This document shows positions 1 to 8,748 of a stretch of DNA of 64,000 nucleotides, one piece after another. How positions within the stretch are numbered: the first letter of the stretch is position 1; each line of letters starts with the position of its first letter. The DNA lies in the IMG/VR virus record IMGVR_UViG_3300027743_000001, positions 22,543 to 86,542 of that record. One strand, written 5' to 3'. The translations under genes were made by a program, and so were the position numbers. The stretch is from a virus. The notes below the pieces were generated by a model. It was not told the origin of the DNA and did not search any database. It saw only the letters and a program-made list of their open reading frames with translations.

Positions 1-1468
1 CAGGCCCCTCTCCGCCGAACCCACCAGGCTCCGGACCTTCAGGAGGTGGTGGAGTAGTTCCGCCGCCGCCTTCCGCCGGTGGAGCCCCAGCCGCCGTGAC
101 CGCGTGCGCACCAGGCGCCCACGCCGTGCCGCTCCAGTTGAACGCGAACCCGCCGATGGTGAACTGTTCACCAGTGGACCAAGCAGCTGCGTTAGCCGCC
201 GCATAGCCCAGCGTTGCCAGCTTGTCAGCGTTCGTCTGGTCAGACGCCGTGATCGTCGGCTCAGCGGCGAAGCTGTCCAGCGGGTTGACCGCAGACTTGA
301 TCGGGCCGGCGTAGGGAACCCAAGCCGCCCCGCTCCACGTGACTTCCTCTGACCCCAGCTGTGCATACTGATCTGCCGCCCACGCCGTGGTGGGGTTGGC
401 CGTCACAGCCGGAACCATAGCGAGCAACTCCGCCAGCGTGTCCGGGATAGCGGAGTTCGTCGGTACCGGCGTAGCCGGCCGACCTGCCGTGAATGAGGTG
501 AGCACTGCCGGAGCCCGGCCCTGCACCCACGAATCCCCATCCCAGTACGCTTCCGAACCGTCTCCCAGGATCACGAACTGCCCAGGAGTCCACGCCGTGG
601 TATTGCCAAGAGCGCCGAGCCCCTGCAAGGCTGCCAGGTCTTCCGGCCGCGTCGCGTTCGAAGGCGACAACGTAGCCGGAGAGCCGGCAACGATGGTCAC
701 GAGCGGGATACCCAGGTTGGCAAAGCAACCCTTCAGCCCGACTGGAGCAGTAGTGGCCCGCGCGTACGCATACACGCGGTCCGCGTACTGCGGAAACTTC
801 CAGTCGAATGAGCCGGGAGGCGGAGGTGGAGCACCGCCGCCGGAGGTAACCCCGGCCAGGTCCAGGTTCGGGCCAGAGCCGTAGTTCAGGTTCCCCGTGC
901 CCAGGCCGGCGAAGACAGTAGCCAGGTTCCCATTCTCGACTACCCGGTCCCCGTCAAGCCGGAACTTGACCGAAGGGAACAAGTAATCCCAATAGGGACA
1001 CTGGTTGGCTGACTTGCCGTTGACGACAGCCGTAGCCCAGACCCGAATAGCCACCCCGTTGGGGTTGGCTTCCACGCCCGTCTTCTCGGCTGCGTAGCCG
1101 ACTGCATGGATGTCATCTGGGAGAGCACCGGGGAGCGGACAAAGCGCCCCCGTACTGTCCACAATGACCTCGCCACCAACCAGCAGCTGAGTGAGCACCG
1201 GGTCCGGGTCACACAGCTCAAGGCCGATGGTCGTGTTCTTCAGCGTGTCAGGAAGCTTGTACGTGACGCAGATTTCACCAGCAGCATTGATGATCTCGAT
1301 CTCTTCACCCTCAACGTAAACGGGGGTGAACGTGAAGGAGATATAGCCGCCGGTCAAGTAGTTGTCACACGGGCTTCCCGCAAGGGGTGCACCGTCCGGC
1401 CCGAGCCGAGTCGCCATAAGCGCCACGCCACGGACTGAAGCGGCATTGTCCTGTGTGTACTTAGCCAC
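1..1468 (-). CDS. Major tail protein (3' end runs off the window), with C-terminal Trp-containing repeats
   Basis: Not in the ORF track. GTG at 1468 follows RBS AGGAGAGG and reads MAKYTQDNAASVRGVALMATRLGPDGAP...YVEGEEIEIINAAGEICV...LELCDPDP, open to base 1. Resembles cluster-B-type tail tube proteins and lies directly after the capsid gene. Confidence 0.75.
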   Translation of the reverse strand, partial: MAKYTQDNAASVRGVALMATRLGPDGAPLAGSPCDNYLTGGYISFTFTPVYVEGEEIEIINAAGEICVTYKLPDTLKNTTIGLELCDPDPVLTQLLVGGEVIVDSTGALCPLPGALPDDIHAVGYAAEKTGVEANPNGVAIRVWATAVVNGKSANQCPYWDYLFPSVKFRLDGDRVVENGNLATVFAGLGTGNLNYGSGPNLDLAGVTSGGGAPPPPPGSFDWKFPQYADRVYAYARATTAPVGLKGCFANLGIPLVTIVAGSPATLSPSNATRPEDLAALQGLGALGNTTAWTPGQFVILGDGSEAYWDGDSWVQGRAPAVLTSFTAGRPATPVPTNSAIPDTLAELLAMVPAVTANPTTAWAADQYAQLGSEEVTWSGAAWVPYAGPIKSAVNPLDSFAAEPTITASDQTNADKLATLGYAAANAAAWSTGEQFTIGGFAFNWSGTAWAPGAHAVTAAGAPPAEGGGGTTPPPPEGPEPGGFGGEGP

Positions 1469-1510
1469 TTCACCTCTCCTTGTCTCGTTACCGTCTCTGA
1501 CTGCCGGCCG

Positions 1511-3163
1511 TTACGGTGTAGCCGCACCGGCGCAGCAGTAGCCCGTGTCGTCGAGCGGAGAAGTGATCCACAGCGGCAGTCCGCCGACGTTGGCCACGCT
1601 CTCGAAGATCTCGGAGAACTGCATATAGTCGTTCGTCCGGACCAACGTGGAGTCCCGGATGAGACCGAGGTCCAGCGTGCCGCCGTCGAGCAGGAGCAGG
1701 GAGCCCTCAGGGTAGAGCGCCCACTGAACCTGGCTCGGGAAGTCCGGCAGAGGCACCGGAGTCGCCAGCGCGGCCTCATCGAAGGGCAGGTAGAACCCGC
1801 CCGGAGGAGCCGTAGTGGCGCCGCCGCCCGCGTCTGCCGCCGGCAGGGATGTGGTCGGCTGCCACGTGTCCAGGGACCACGTCACCGTGATGCCAAGATC
1901 GTTGAGGATACTGTTCAGCTCAGCCTCGGACATCGAGTAGTTGTCGGAGAGCCGGGCCGTCGAGTTCTCAGCCGTGACACTGTCGGAGACCATCAGGTCG
2001 CGGAACCACGACGGGATGATCGCGTGCAGCCGCTCGTTGTCAACCAGCCGGTTGACATCCCTCAGGTAGGCCGCCGCCCGGTGGACCGTGCGGATGAAGT
2101 CCCGGATCGCGCCGTACGCGACGGCCGGGCCGGTCACCAGCTTGGAGAGCGACTTGATCTGCGCCAGGAGCACCGACTCGGCGAACCGTGCCTGCTGAAC
2201 CCGGAGCATCTGGGTATTGGCCGTGACCATCTCCGGGAAGATCCGGGACTGGAGCACGCCGAACTTGATACACATCGTGATGGCCTGAACCTCGGCTGTC
2301 TGCTCCGGCGGGCAGTCCGCGCGGATACAAACCTTCCAGGTCAACTCGTCGGCCGGGTCAACGGCTTCGTCGTCATCACAGGTCCAGACAGCGACGCCGC
2401 CGGTCACGTCCGAGAGCTTAGGCCCTTGGAAGTACCGGATGCCGCCACGGTCTGCCTGAAAACCGGGGAGCGCGCCGCGCACCGGCCGGTCCGTGTCGCC
2501 GATCGTGTAGAGGTCGTAGCGGGTCTCCAGCGGAGCGCAGCAGCCGCCGGCCGCCACGATCGCCTTGGTGCTGGTCACTGCCTCGATCTTGGCCTTGTTG
2601 CCTTCCAGGTCACCGTTGTAGAGAATGCGGTCTTCCGGCGCCTTCGTTTTGATGGACGCCACGACCACCTTCTCGCCAGTGCCACCGCTCAGGCCGTGGA
2701 GGGTCCGAATGCGCTTGGTGAAAGCGTCAGCGAAGTCCTTCAGGGTCGGAATTACGGTTCCTGCCGAGTAGCCCGGGATGTCAGCACCAGCGACCACCGT
2801 ACTGGTGGGCGCCACGGTAACCGGCTCGCGGTCACGCGGAACGGTCAGAGCGCCGCCTGTCTGCTGCTCCACCGGGTCACCTTCCTTTACGTCGTTGTTC
2901 TCCTCCACAGCTGCCACCAGCTGCGGTTCCACTACTGCCGCCGGCATAGCCTCGGCCGGAGCTTCTTCCTCGCCGCCACCCTCAGCACGCTTAGCCAGCT
3001 CAGCCGCCACCTGGTCCAGCGCCTCAGCGAGGCTGGCCATGAGCGCGTCGTCGGCTGCCTGGTCGGCCGCGTCAAACGCGGCTGTGATCTCGGACTGAAG
3101 ATTGGTCAAGTCTTCGTCAGTGAGCGTGGCAAGAGCTGCGAGCTTCTCCGCGAACTCGTCCAT
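1511..3163 (-). CDS. Major capsid protein with N-terminal scaffold-like region
   Basis: Acidic helical N-terminus, IVAAGGCCAP motif, LDLGLIRDSTLVRTNDY near the C-terminus as in cluster-B-like capsids; RBS AAGGAGG; follows the protease gene. Confidence 0.85.
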   Translation of the reverse strand: MDEFAEKLAALATLTDEDLTNLQSEITAAFDAADQAADDALMASLAEALDQVAAELAKRAEGGGEEEAPAEAMPAAVVEPQLVAAVEENNDVKEGDPVEQQTGGALTVPRDREPVTVAPTSTVVAGADIPGYSAGTVIPTLKDFADAFTKRIRTLHGLSGGTGEKVVVASIKTKAPEDRILYNGDLEGNKAKIEAVTSTKAIVAAGGCCAPLETRYDLYTIGDTDRPVRGALPGFQADRGGIRYFQGPKLSDVTGGVAVWTCDDDEAVDPADELTWKVCIRADCPPEQTAEVQAITMCIKFGVLQSRIFPEMVTANTQMLRVQQARFAESVLLAQIKSLSKLVTGPAVAYGAIRDFIRTVHRAAAYLRDVNRLVDNERLHAIIPSWFRDLMVSDSVTAENSTARLSDNYSMSEAELNSILNDLGITVTWSLDTWQPTTSLPAADAGGGATTAPPGGFYLPFDEAALATPVPLPDFPSQVQWALYPEGSLLLLDGGTLDLGLIRDSTLVRTNDYMQFSEIFESVANVGGLPLWITSPLDDTGYCCAGAATP

Positions 3164-3312
3164 GAGTCTGTTCCCTCCTTATTCGGGCACACCTCAGTTG
3201 TTAGCTGAAGAGTTACGCCCGGTTGGGTAGGAGTTGTCACTACCCGGATGGAGGGTCACTCGGTTCCCACAGAGTATGACACAGCGATCTGGGTCACAAG
3301 CCGGGCTGACAG

Positions 3313-3341
3313 TTGACAGGGGTTGACCAGCTGTGTATAGT
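3313..3341 (+). promoter_or_regulatory. SigA-type promoter with nested GTTGAC repeat
   Basis: TTGACA-ggggttgaccagctgtg(17)-TATAGT upstream of the gene at 3383. Confidence 0.75.
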
Positions 3342-3382
3342 TGCCCTTGTACCGCCCACCACCACCACCCAAAGGAGTCCCC

Positions 3383-3691
3383 ATGAGTGAGAACAAGATC
3401 AACCTTGAGCCCATCCCAACCCAGCTTGACACCAAGCCCCGTCACCGGATCTATTTCCGCCTCTTCTCGGCGGCCCAGCGTCTCGTCGGAGTGCCCGGCA
3501 TGTCCCCGGCCCAGCGGGTAGAGAACCTTGAGGTCATCCGTGAGAGCCTGCTGGATGCTCTCGCGATGCTGGAGATCGACATCTCCACTCGTAAGGCTCT
3601 GGTTGACATTGAGGCGAACTTCCACCAGACGGCCGAGGAGCCCGAGCCGGCCCAGCCCGCCGAGGAGGCGGAGACCGAGCCAGACTTCTGA
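3383..3691 (+). CDS. Hypothetical protein inserted antisense in the head module
   Basis: RBS AAGGAG before ATG (MSENKINL); own promoter and downstream hairpin. Confidence 0.7.
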   Translation: MSENKINLEPIPTQLDTKPRHRIYFRLFSAAQRLVGVPGMSPAQRVENLEVIRESLLDALAMLEIDISTRKALVDIEANFHQTAEEPEPAQPAEEAETEPDF

Positions 3692-3700
3692 TCCACACGC

Positions 3701-3742
3701 AGGAGCGCCCACCGACTTAGGTCTGGTGGGCGCTTCGCTTAT
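3701..3742 (+). terminator. Intrinsic terminator-like hairpin
   Basis: GGAGCGCCCACC...GGTGGGCGCTTC followed by GCTTATT. Confidence 0.55.
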
Positions 3743-3758
3743 TGCCTAATGTACCCCC

Positions 3759-4073
3759 ATGAGGCTGAAGTTGCTCCTTGTAGCGCTGCCGCTCTTGTTG
3801 CTGGCCAACTGCGCACTGGCTACCCCCCTATCTTCGTGGGGATTCAGGATGCCGAACTTGGTTGGCACGAACCTGTCAAGTGCTAAGGGTCGGTTGACAG
3901 CCCTCGGATTTCCCGCCGAGAACATCGTGGTGTTTGCCGGGGACTCAGCCCCCGACCCCGTCATGGAATCCCGGTGGGTTGTGGAATCACAAGAACCATC
4001 GCCGGGGACGATGGTTCCTGTGTGTGAGGACTGCTATGTGAGCTTGGTGGTCATCCCTTTGCTGCCCGAATAG
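3759..4073 (+). CDS. Exported PASTA-domain protein
   Basis: Signal peptide, then MPNLVGTNLSSAKGRLTALGF...WVVESQEPSPGT, the PASTA pattern. Confidence 0.7.
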   Translation: MRLKLLLVALPLLLLANCALATPLSSWGFRMPNLVGTNLSSAKGRLTALGFPAENIVVFAGDSAPDPVMESRWVVESQEPSPGTMVPVCEDCYVSLVVIPLLPE

Positions 4074-6465
4074 CGTTCACCCGCTCGCGGATCTGCTTCA
4101 TCCGCTGCTGCCGGGCCGCCTCGCGTGCCCGGGTGACTGCCTCTGACGCCGGCTGCTCCACGGGTGCCGCCGGCTCCGGCGTGGCTTCCTCCTGCTCGGC
4201 CTCCGGCTCCGGGACTGCCTCCACCTCAACCTCATCCGTCTCCGGGAGGGGCTCCGGCTCCGGGTCGGTCACCACGATCTCCTCAACCGCGTCTTCCTCC
4301 GGGGTGAAGAGTGCCGTCTCCACCGCGTTCAGCCTCTCCAGCACAGCTGCGTCGGCTGTCATGCTCGCCTTGAGCACAGCGAGGGACCGCGCGCCGGCCG
4401 CCACCAGTGCAGTTACCGCGCCACTAGCGACCCTGGCCCGAGCGATCGGGAAGCCCGGCACGTTGACCTGGCAAACCGCGACCAGCTCCAGCGCGCCGTT
4501 GATCGGCCGCCAGTCCCCCGATGGAGCCGACGCGCGGAGCGTGCGTACCTGCTCAGGCTTGATGTCCGGCCGGAGCGCGCCGGCCACCCAGATTCCGAAC
4601 TTGTCCTCGCCCACGACCACGTCAGCCACTGCACTGGCCGTGTTGTCGTAGTGCGCCACCGCGTGCCCAGCGTCCGCGTTCAGCGGTGCGTGGCCGCCGG
4701 CCAGTGTCAACTGGCCCACGTTCACGTCCTTGCCGCTGGCCGTGCGCAGGGTGCCAGTCATGAAGTAGCTGTAGTTCGAGCGGGAGCGCGGCGGTTTGAC
4801 GCTGCCGGGGAGCCCGATGTGCTGCTGGTGCCAGTCCGCGATGTGGCCGAACACCTGCCCGTCATCCGTGTGAGTGAGCGGTGTCAACCGGTCCAGCTTC
4901 TGATCCTGAAGCCACTCGTCGGGCGGAGCCACGGGGAAGCCGCCGGCCAGGACGGCGCGCACCAGGCCCACGTCGTCCAGTGCTTCTGTGTAAATGCCGT
5001 CCTTCAGCATGTTGACGTTCCTTCCTTGAGTGTCCATCCACGCTCCGGCCACCAGAGCCGCGAGCACAGCCTGCTCGGTTGACATGGCCGCTGAGGCGTG
5101 CACATGCCCACGTCCCCGGCCCCGGCCAGGCCACTTCCCTAGAACCCTCTTGTGGAGGTTCGCGCAGTAGCCCTCAGCCCGGCCAGGCATGTATTTGTTG
5201 AGCTGACGCACGCAGCGCTTGAAGTCCCCCTTGACGCCCCACTTGATCTTGGCAGCGCCCTTCCCGGATGCCCAGTAGCGCCGGAGCTTCTCGGCCCGTG
5301 GGTCCGGGGATACAGCAGCCGTGACTCCGTCGATCTGCGTGATCACGTCAGCCAGCGACGGATCATCCAGCTCCACGAGCGGGGGAGGGTTGACGCCGGC
5401 CAGCTCCGCCAGTAGCTCGGGGTCATCCACCCATGCCTTCTGGTCATAACGCTGAACTTTCGGCCCCGGCATGAGCCGGACCAGCGCGATCACAGCGCCG
5501 GGATCCAGATCATCGACCACTGCGAACGGGGTCCACTCCTCTTCCTCGGCCTCCGTGTCAACCGCTGCCGTGAGGGGGGAAACGATGGTGTCGTCCTTGA
5601 ACGACTTGGCCGCCTTCTTATACAGACCGTTGACCCGAGACTTGATCTTGTTCTGGTCAGCCTGCGGGATCTTGACTCCGCCCCGGGCGCCGGAGAGAGC
5701 ACCGGCCACCGCCGCCAAAGCGGAGTACACGATCTTGAGGTCCCCGTTGATCACGTCTGCGAACGGGAGTTTCCAGGCCGCCTGCGTCTGTGGGTCCGCG
5801 TCAGGGTCTCGGTAGAGGAATCCCTGCCCGAGCTTGCTCGTGTCGTAGGTGCCGTCCGCCTTGCGAGCCCGGGAGAACAGCCGGTTGGTGGCCGCGTCTC
5901 CGTCCCACTTCCGGCTGCGGTCCGCAAACGGCAGATCCGTGGAGCCGCTCACCGAGGACAGGAGAGCTAGGTCCGGGTGCCCTGAGTGCAGAAATGCCGA
6001 GGGAGCCAGCCATGCTTGCGGGGTGTAGCACCTCAGAGCCAGGCCCTCCGCCCCCGCCAGGAGAGCATCAGCCAGGTCCACAGCGTCTGGCATGGTGAGC
6101 AGGATCAGGGGGTCAGAGCCCTCCCAGGGATCCCAGGCGCCGGCCGCCGTCAGCACTTCGTAGGAAGCTTCCCCCACTCGCCGGACCAGCTGCCGATAGA
6201 GCATGTCGTCGGCCGGGTCCGCCGTGGCGTAGAACCCGACGTCCTCACAGTCCGAGTCGGGGCAGGAGAGTGTGTCCCGCGCCGGCCGGCTCAATGCCGA
6301 AAGGGCGGACTCCAGAGTGTCGTCCGCCCACTTGCCACTTTCACCGCCAGACGCAGAGAGCGCCAGCAGCTGCCAGGCTCCCACTTCGTGCTGGCTAACT
6401 TCCTCACGTAGGCGCCGAGGAACCGGGTAAGCCTTGTTATATCCACACATGACTAGTGATGTCAT
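4051..6465 (-). CDS. Multidomain capsid maturation protease
   Basis: GQVFGHIADW...HIG, GGHA, GEDKFGIWVAG and SGDWR motifs of cluster-B-like proteases; lies upstream of the capsid gene; extra N-terminal domains. Confidence 0.75.
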   Translation of the reverse strand: MTSLVMCGYNKAYPVPRRLREEVSQHEVGAWQLLALSASGGESGKWADDTLESALSALSRPARDTLSCPDSDCEDVGFYATADPADDMLYRQLVRRVGEASYEVLTAAGAWDPWEGSDPLILLTMPDAVDLADALLAGAEGLALRCYTPQAWLAPSAFLHSGHPDLALLSSVSGSTDLPFADRSRKWDGDAATNRLFSRARKADGTYDTSKLGQGFLYRDPDADPQTQAAWKLPFADVINGDLKIVYSALAAVAGALSGARGGVKIPQADQNKIKSRVNGLYKKAAKSFKDDTIVSPLTAAVDTEAEEEEWTPFAVVDDLDPGAVIALVRLMPGPKVQRYDQKAWVDDPELLAELAGVNPPPLVELDDPSLADVITQIDGVTAAVSPDPRAEKLRRYWASGKGAAKIKWGVKGDFKRCVRQLNKYMPGRAEGYCANLHKRVLGKWPGRGRGRGHVHASAAMSTEQAVLAALVAGAWMDTQGRNVNMLKDGIYTEALDDVGLVRAVLAGGFPVAPPDEWLQDQKLDRLTPLTHTDDGQVFGHIADWHQQHIGLPGSVKPPRSRSNYSYFMTGTLRTASGKDVNVGQLTLAGGHAPLNADAGHAVAHYDNTASAVADVVVGEDKFGIWVAGALRPDIKPEQVRTLRASAPSGDWRPINGALELVAVCQVNVPGFPIARARVASGAVTALVAAGARSLAVLKASMTADAAVLERLNAVETALFTPEEDAVEEIVVTDPEPEPLPETDEVEVEAVPEPEAEQEEATPEPAAPVEQPASEAVTRAREAARQQRMKQIRERVNAIRAAKG

Positions 6466-6493
6466 GATGTTGCCTCCCAGTGCCTCTCTGGCC

Positions 6494-6727
6494 CTAGACT
6501 TTCGTGTTGTCCTTGATCCACTCGTTCACGGTAGCTTCGTCGGTCTCTTTCCATCCTGGCTCATCGTGGATCTCCAGGAACAGCCGATCTTGATCTTCCT
6601 GCCACTTCCCATCTTTCCAGAACTCGGTCTCCGTGGTTTTCGGCCAGCCCCAGCGAGCCACTAACAGCGGCTCTCCGGTCTGTTTGCTCTTGTACATGAA
6701 CCATGCTGTCGGTTCCATCACCATCAT
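6494..6727 (-). CDS. Small acidic Trp-rich protein, candidate immunity protein
   Basis: ATGA-coupled to the stop of the RelA/SpoT-domain gene; 77 aa. Confidence 0.5.
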   Translation of the reverse strand: MMVMEPTAWFMYKSKQTGEPLLVARWGWPKTTETEFWKDGKWQEDQDRLFLEIHDEPGWKETDEATVNEWIKDNTKV

Positions 6728-8748
6728 CCTCTCATCACTGCTGCTACATTTCCTACATCGGCAGGACGCTCCAAGGGTTTAGAGATTTCGAACATCTGCC
6801 GCTCCAGCTCCTCCCAGGGTGGGCTGTGCTTTACCAGCTTCCGCTGCCGCTCGTAGAGCAAATGCTGCCTGTCCTTGGCCCGTTGGGACTCAGGGGTGTG
6901 GAACTGGAGTTCAAACCGATGTCCATCGGGACCGGTGATGTCGGCGTTAATGCCCTTGTAAGCGCGTCCCTCGTTATTCCAGGAGTTGCTGACATCTACG
7001 TCATAGCCCTTGGCTCTCAGCTCGTTGATCACCCGCTGAGCGTTGGCCCCGAAGTTCTCCGGGTCATAATGCAGAGTATACCGCAAGGCATCACCGATCT
7101 CACCAGCGGCCTGCTCAGGCCCGCCGGGCAGCTTGGCCCCCTTGCTTGCGATCTTCCGGACTAGGCTGCCCTCAGTCTTCAGCCTGAACTCGCCGCCGTA
7201 GAACTGTCCATTGTCTCCGATGATCTTGCTCGGGTCATAGTCGAGACCATCAACACCGCTGATCTCACTAAGCAGGCGACTAACTACCGGTTCATCGGCC
7301 TCTACGCCAGCCAGGATCTTCCTAGCCTCGTCTTGACTCTCTGCTCCTCTTGTCACAAGCGAACGACCTGTTTCCTGCGCCCCAGTGTTCACGGGTTTTT
7401 TGTTCCTCAAGATCGCAATAGCTCGTGGAGCGTCTGAAAGTTTGTCTACGATCTGCTGTGTAGGGATTATCTCGGGGAACCCGGCTGCCGGGTCGGCTGC
7501 TTTGGGATTGCCTAGGGCATCCACGTATTCGAGCTTGGCCCCGTTCGGGGTTAGGTCAACCACCTGTGCCCGACGCCGGGCGGCGCTGCGATCACCAGGG
7601 AGTGAGTCCGGATCGGAGAACACGTTCACCATGCCGAACTTCTCGATGAACTTCCCATCCTTGCCACGGGGGTGCAGCCAATCTCTCCAGTCGATGGCCG
7701 CGATGATGGCCGGGTGATCCAGCAGCCTGTGCTCCCGCGCCCGCATGATGAAGGATCCGAAGAACCCCAGCGGCTCCGTGCCGTTGACGCACAGCTGCAC
7801 GTATTGCTTGGCAGCAGCCACGACAGCTGACGCTGCCGTGGCTTCCTCAAAAGGGAGGATGACCCCGTCATCAGCAGTAGGGAACTCCGGGAGCACCTCC
7901 GGGGCCACCTTACCCAGCTGCCACTCCTGCGGGATCTTGTCTAGCGCGCCGAGAGCATGAGCCCGTTTGACCACGTACCACCGGCTATCAGGGTGCATGA
8001 TGGCGTAGCGCACGGCTATCGGGAGATCTTCCGCCCGGTTGACAGAAGGGATGCTGTTACCTGCTGCCACGACTGCGGTCTCCTGTTCAAGCGGTGCCGG
8101 AACCTCTCCCGGCATCTCGATGGTCTCTACCTCGCCCTGCGTCTTGGTGGGCAGGTCTGCCACGCTGACCGTTGTGCCGCTGGCATCGCCCGCGTCCCAC
8201 ACCGCCAGGGCGGACGGGGCAACCTGCACCAGTGACATGTCATCCAGAGCCGTGTTGCCCTCAGGGAGCAGGATCCACTCCCCGTCATACCGCACGTAGG
8301 CTCCCATGCCCGTCTCGATAATCAGTGTGACTACTGTGTTGTCGGGTGCGACCACAGCGTCCAGTTGGAGTGCCAACATTCCTCCCCTCATTATGTGAGC
8401 CTCAACCACTGCGAGCGGCTGCGGTACACCGGCGTCTGGTGCCATGGTCACTGCGTCATATGGATCCAGCGGTCGGATCCGTAGTGTCTCATCCGCTGCC
8501 TCAGGGTTTGAGAAGATGGCCGTCGCCGTCAGGACACCGCCGCCCATGTCAACCGGCTCGGAGATAAAGGTGCCCCGGGTGTTGTCCTCATCTTCATCCC
8601 ACACCAGCATGAGACCGTTGTCGCCGGTCTGAATCTCGACGTTGGCCCCGTAGCGGATCGAGGTCGTGTCGTACCGCGCCGAGGTGACCGGATCAGTCCT
8701 GTGGATGGTCACCTCGATGATGGCCGGATTAGGGACTCTCATGATCAC
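6724..8748 (-). CDS. Head-region protein with C-terminal RelA/SpoT-type alarmone synthetase domain
   Basis: EFRLKTEGSLVRKI, DALRYT, YKGIN, FELQFHTPES and HLLYE motifs in the last ~150 aa. Confidence 0.75.
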   Translation of the reverse strand: MIMRVPNPAIIEVTIHRTDPVTSARYDTTSIRYGANVEIQTGDNGLMLVWDEDEDNTRGTFISEPVDMGGGVLTATAIFSNPEAADETLRIRPLDPYDAVTMAPDAGVPQPLAVVEAHIMRGGMLALQLDAVVAPDNTVVTLIIETGMGAYVRYDGEWILLPEGNTALDDMSLVQVAPSALAVWDAGDASGTTVSVADLPTKTQGEVETIEMPGEVPAPLEQETAVVAAGNSIPSVNRAEDLPIAVRYAIMHPDSRWYVVKRAHALGALDKIPQEWQLGKVAPEVLPEFPTADDGVILPFEEATAASAVVAAAKQYVQLCVNGTEPLGFFGSFIMRAREHRLLDHPAIIAAIDWRDWLHPRGKDGKFIEKFGMVNVFSDPDSLPGDRSAARRRAQVVDLTPNGAKLEYVDALGNPKAADPAAGFPEIIPTQQIVDKLSDAPRAIAILRNKKPVNTGAQETGRSLVTRGAESQDEARKILAGVEADEPVVSRLLSEISGVDGLDYDPSKIIGDNGQFYGGEFRLKTEGSLVRKIASKGAKLPGGPEQAAGEIGDALRYTLHYDPENFGANAQRVINELRAKGYDVDVSNSWNNEGRAYKGINADITGPDGHRFELQFHTPESQRAKDRQHLLYERQRKLVKHSPPWEELERQMFEISKPLERPADVGNVAAVMRG

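Noticed and set aside
2024-3208. 394-aa plus-strand ORF and many similar antisense ORFs (e.g. 20901, 34710, 43626, 61200)
   Set aside because: Shadow frames of well-supported genes in high-GC DNA; no motifs or RBS.
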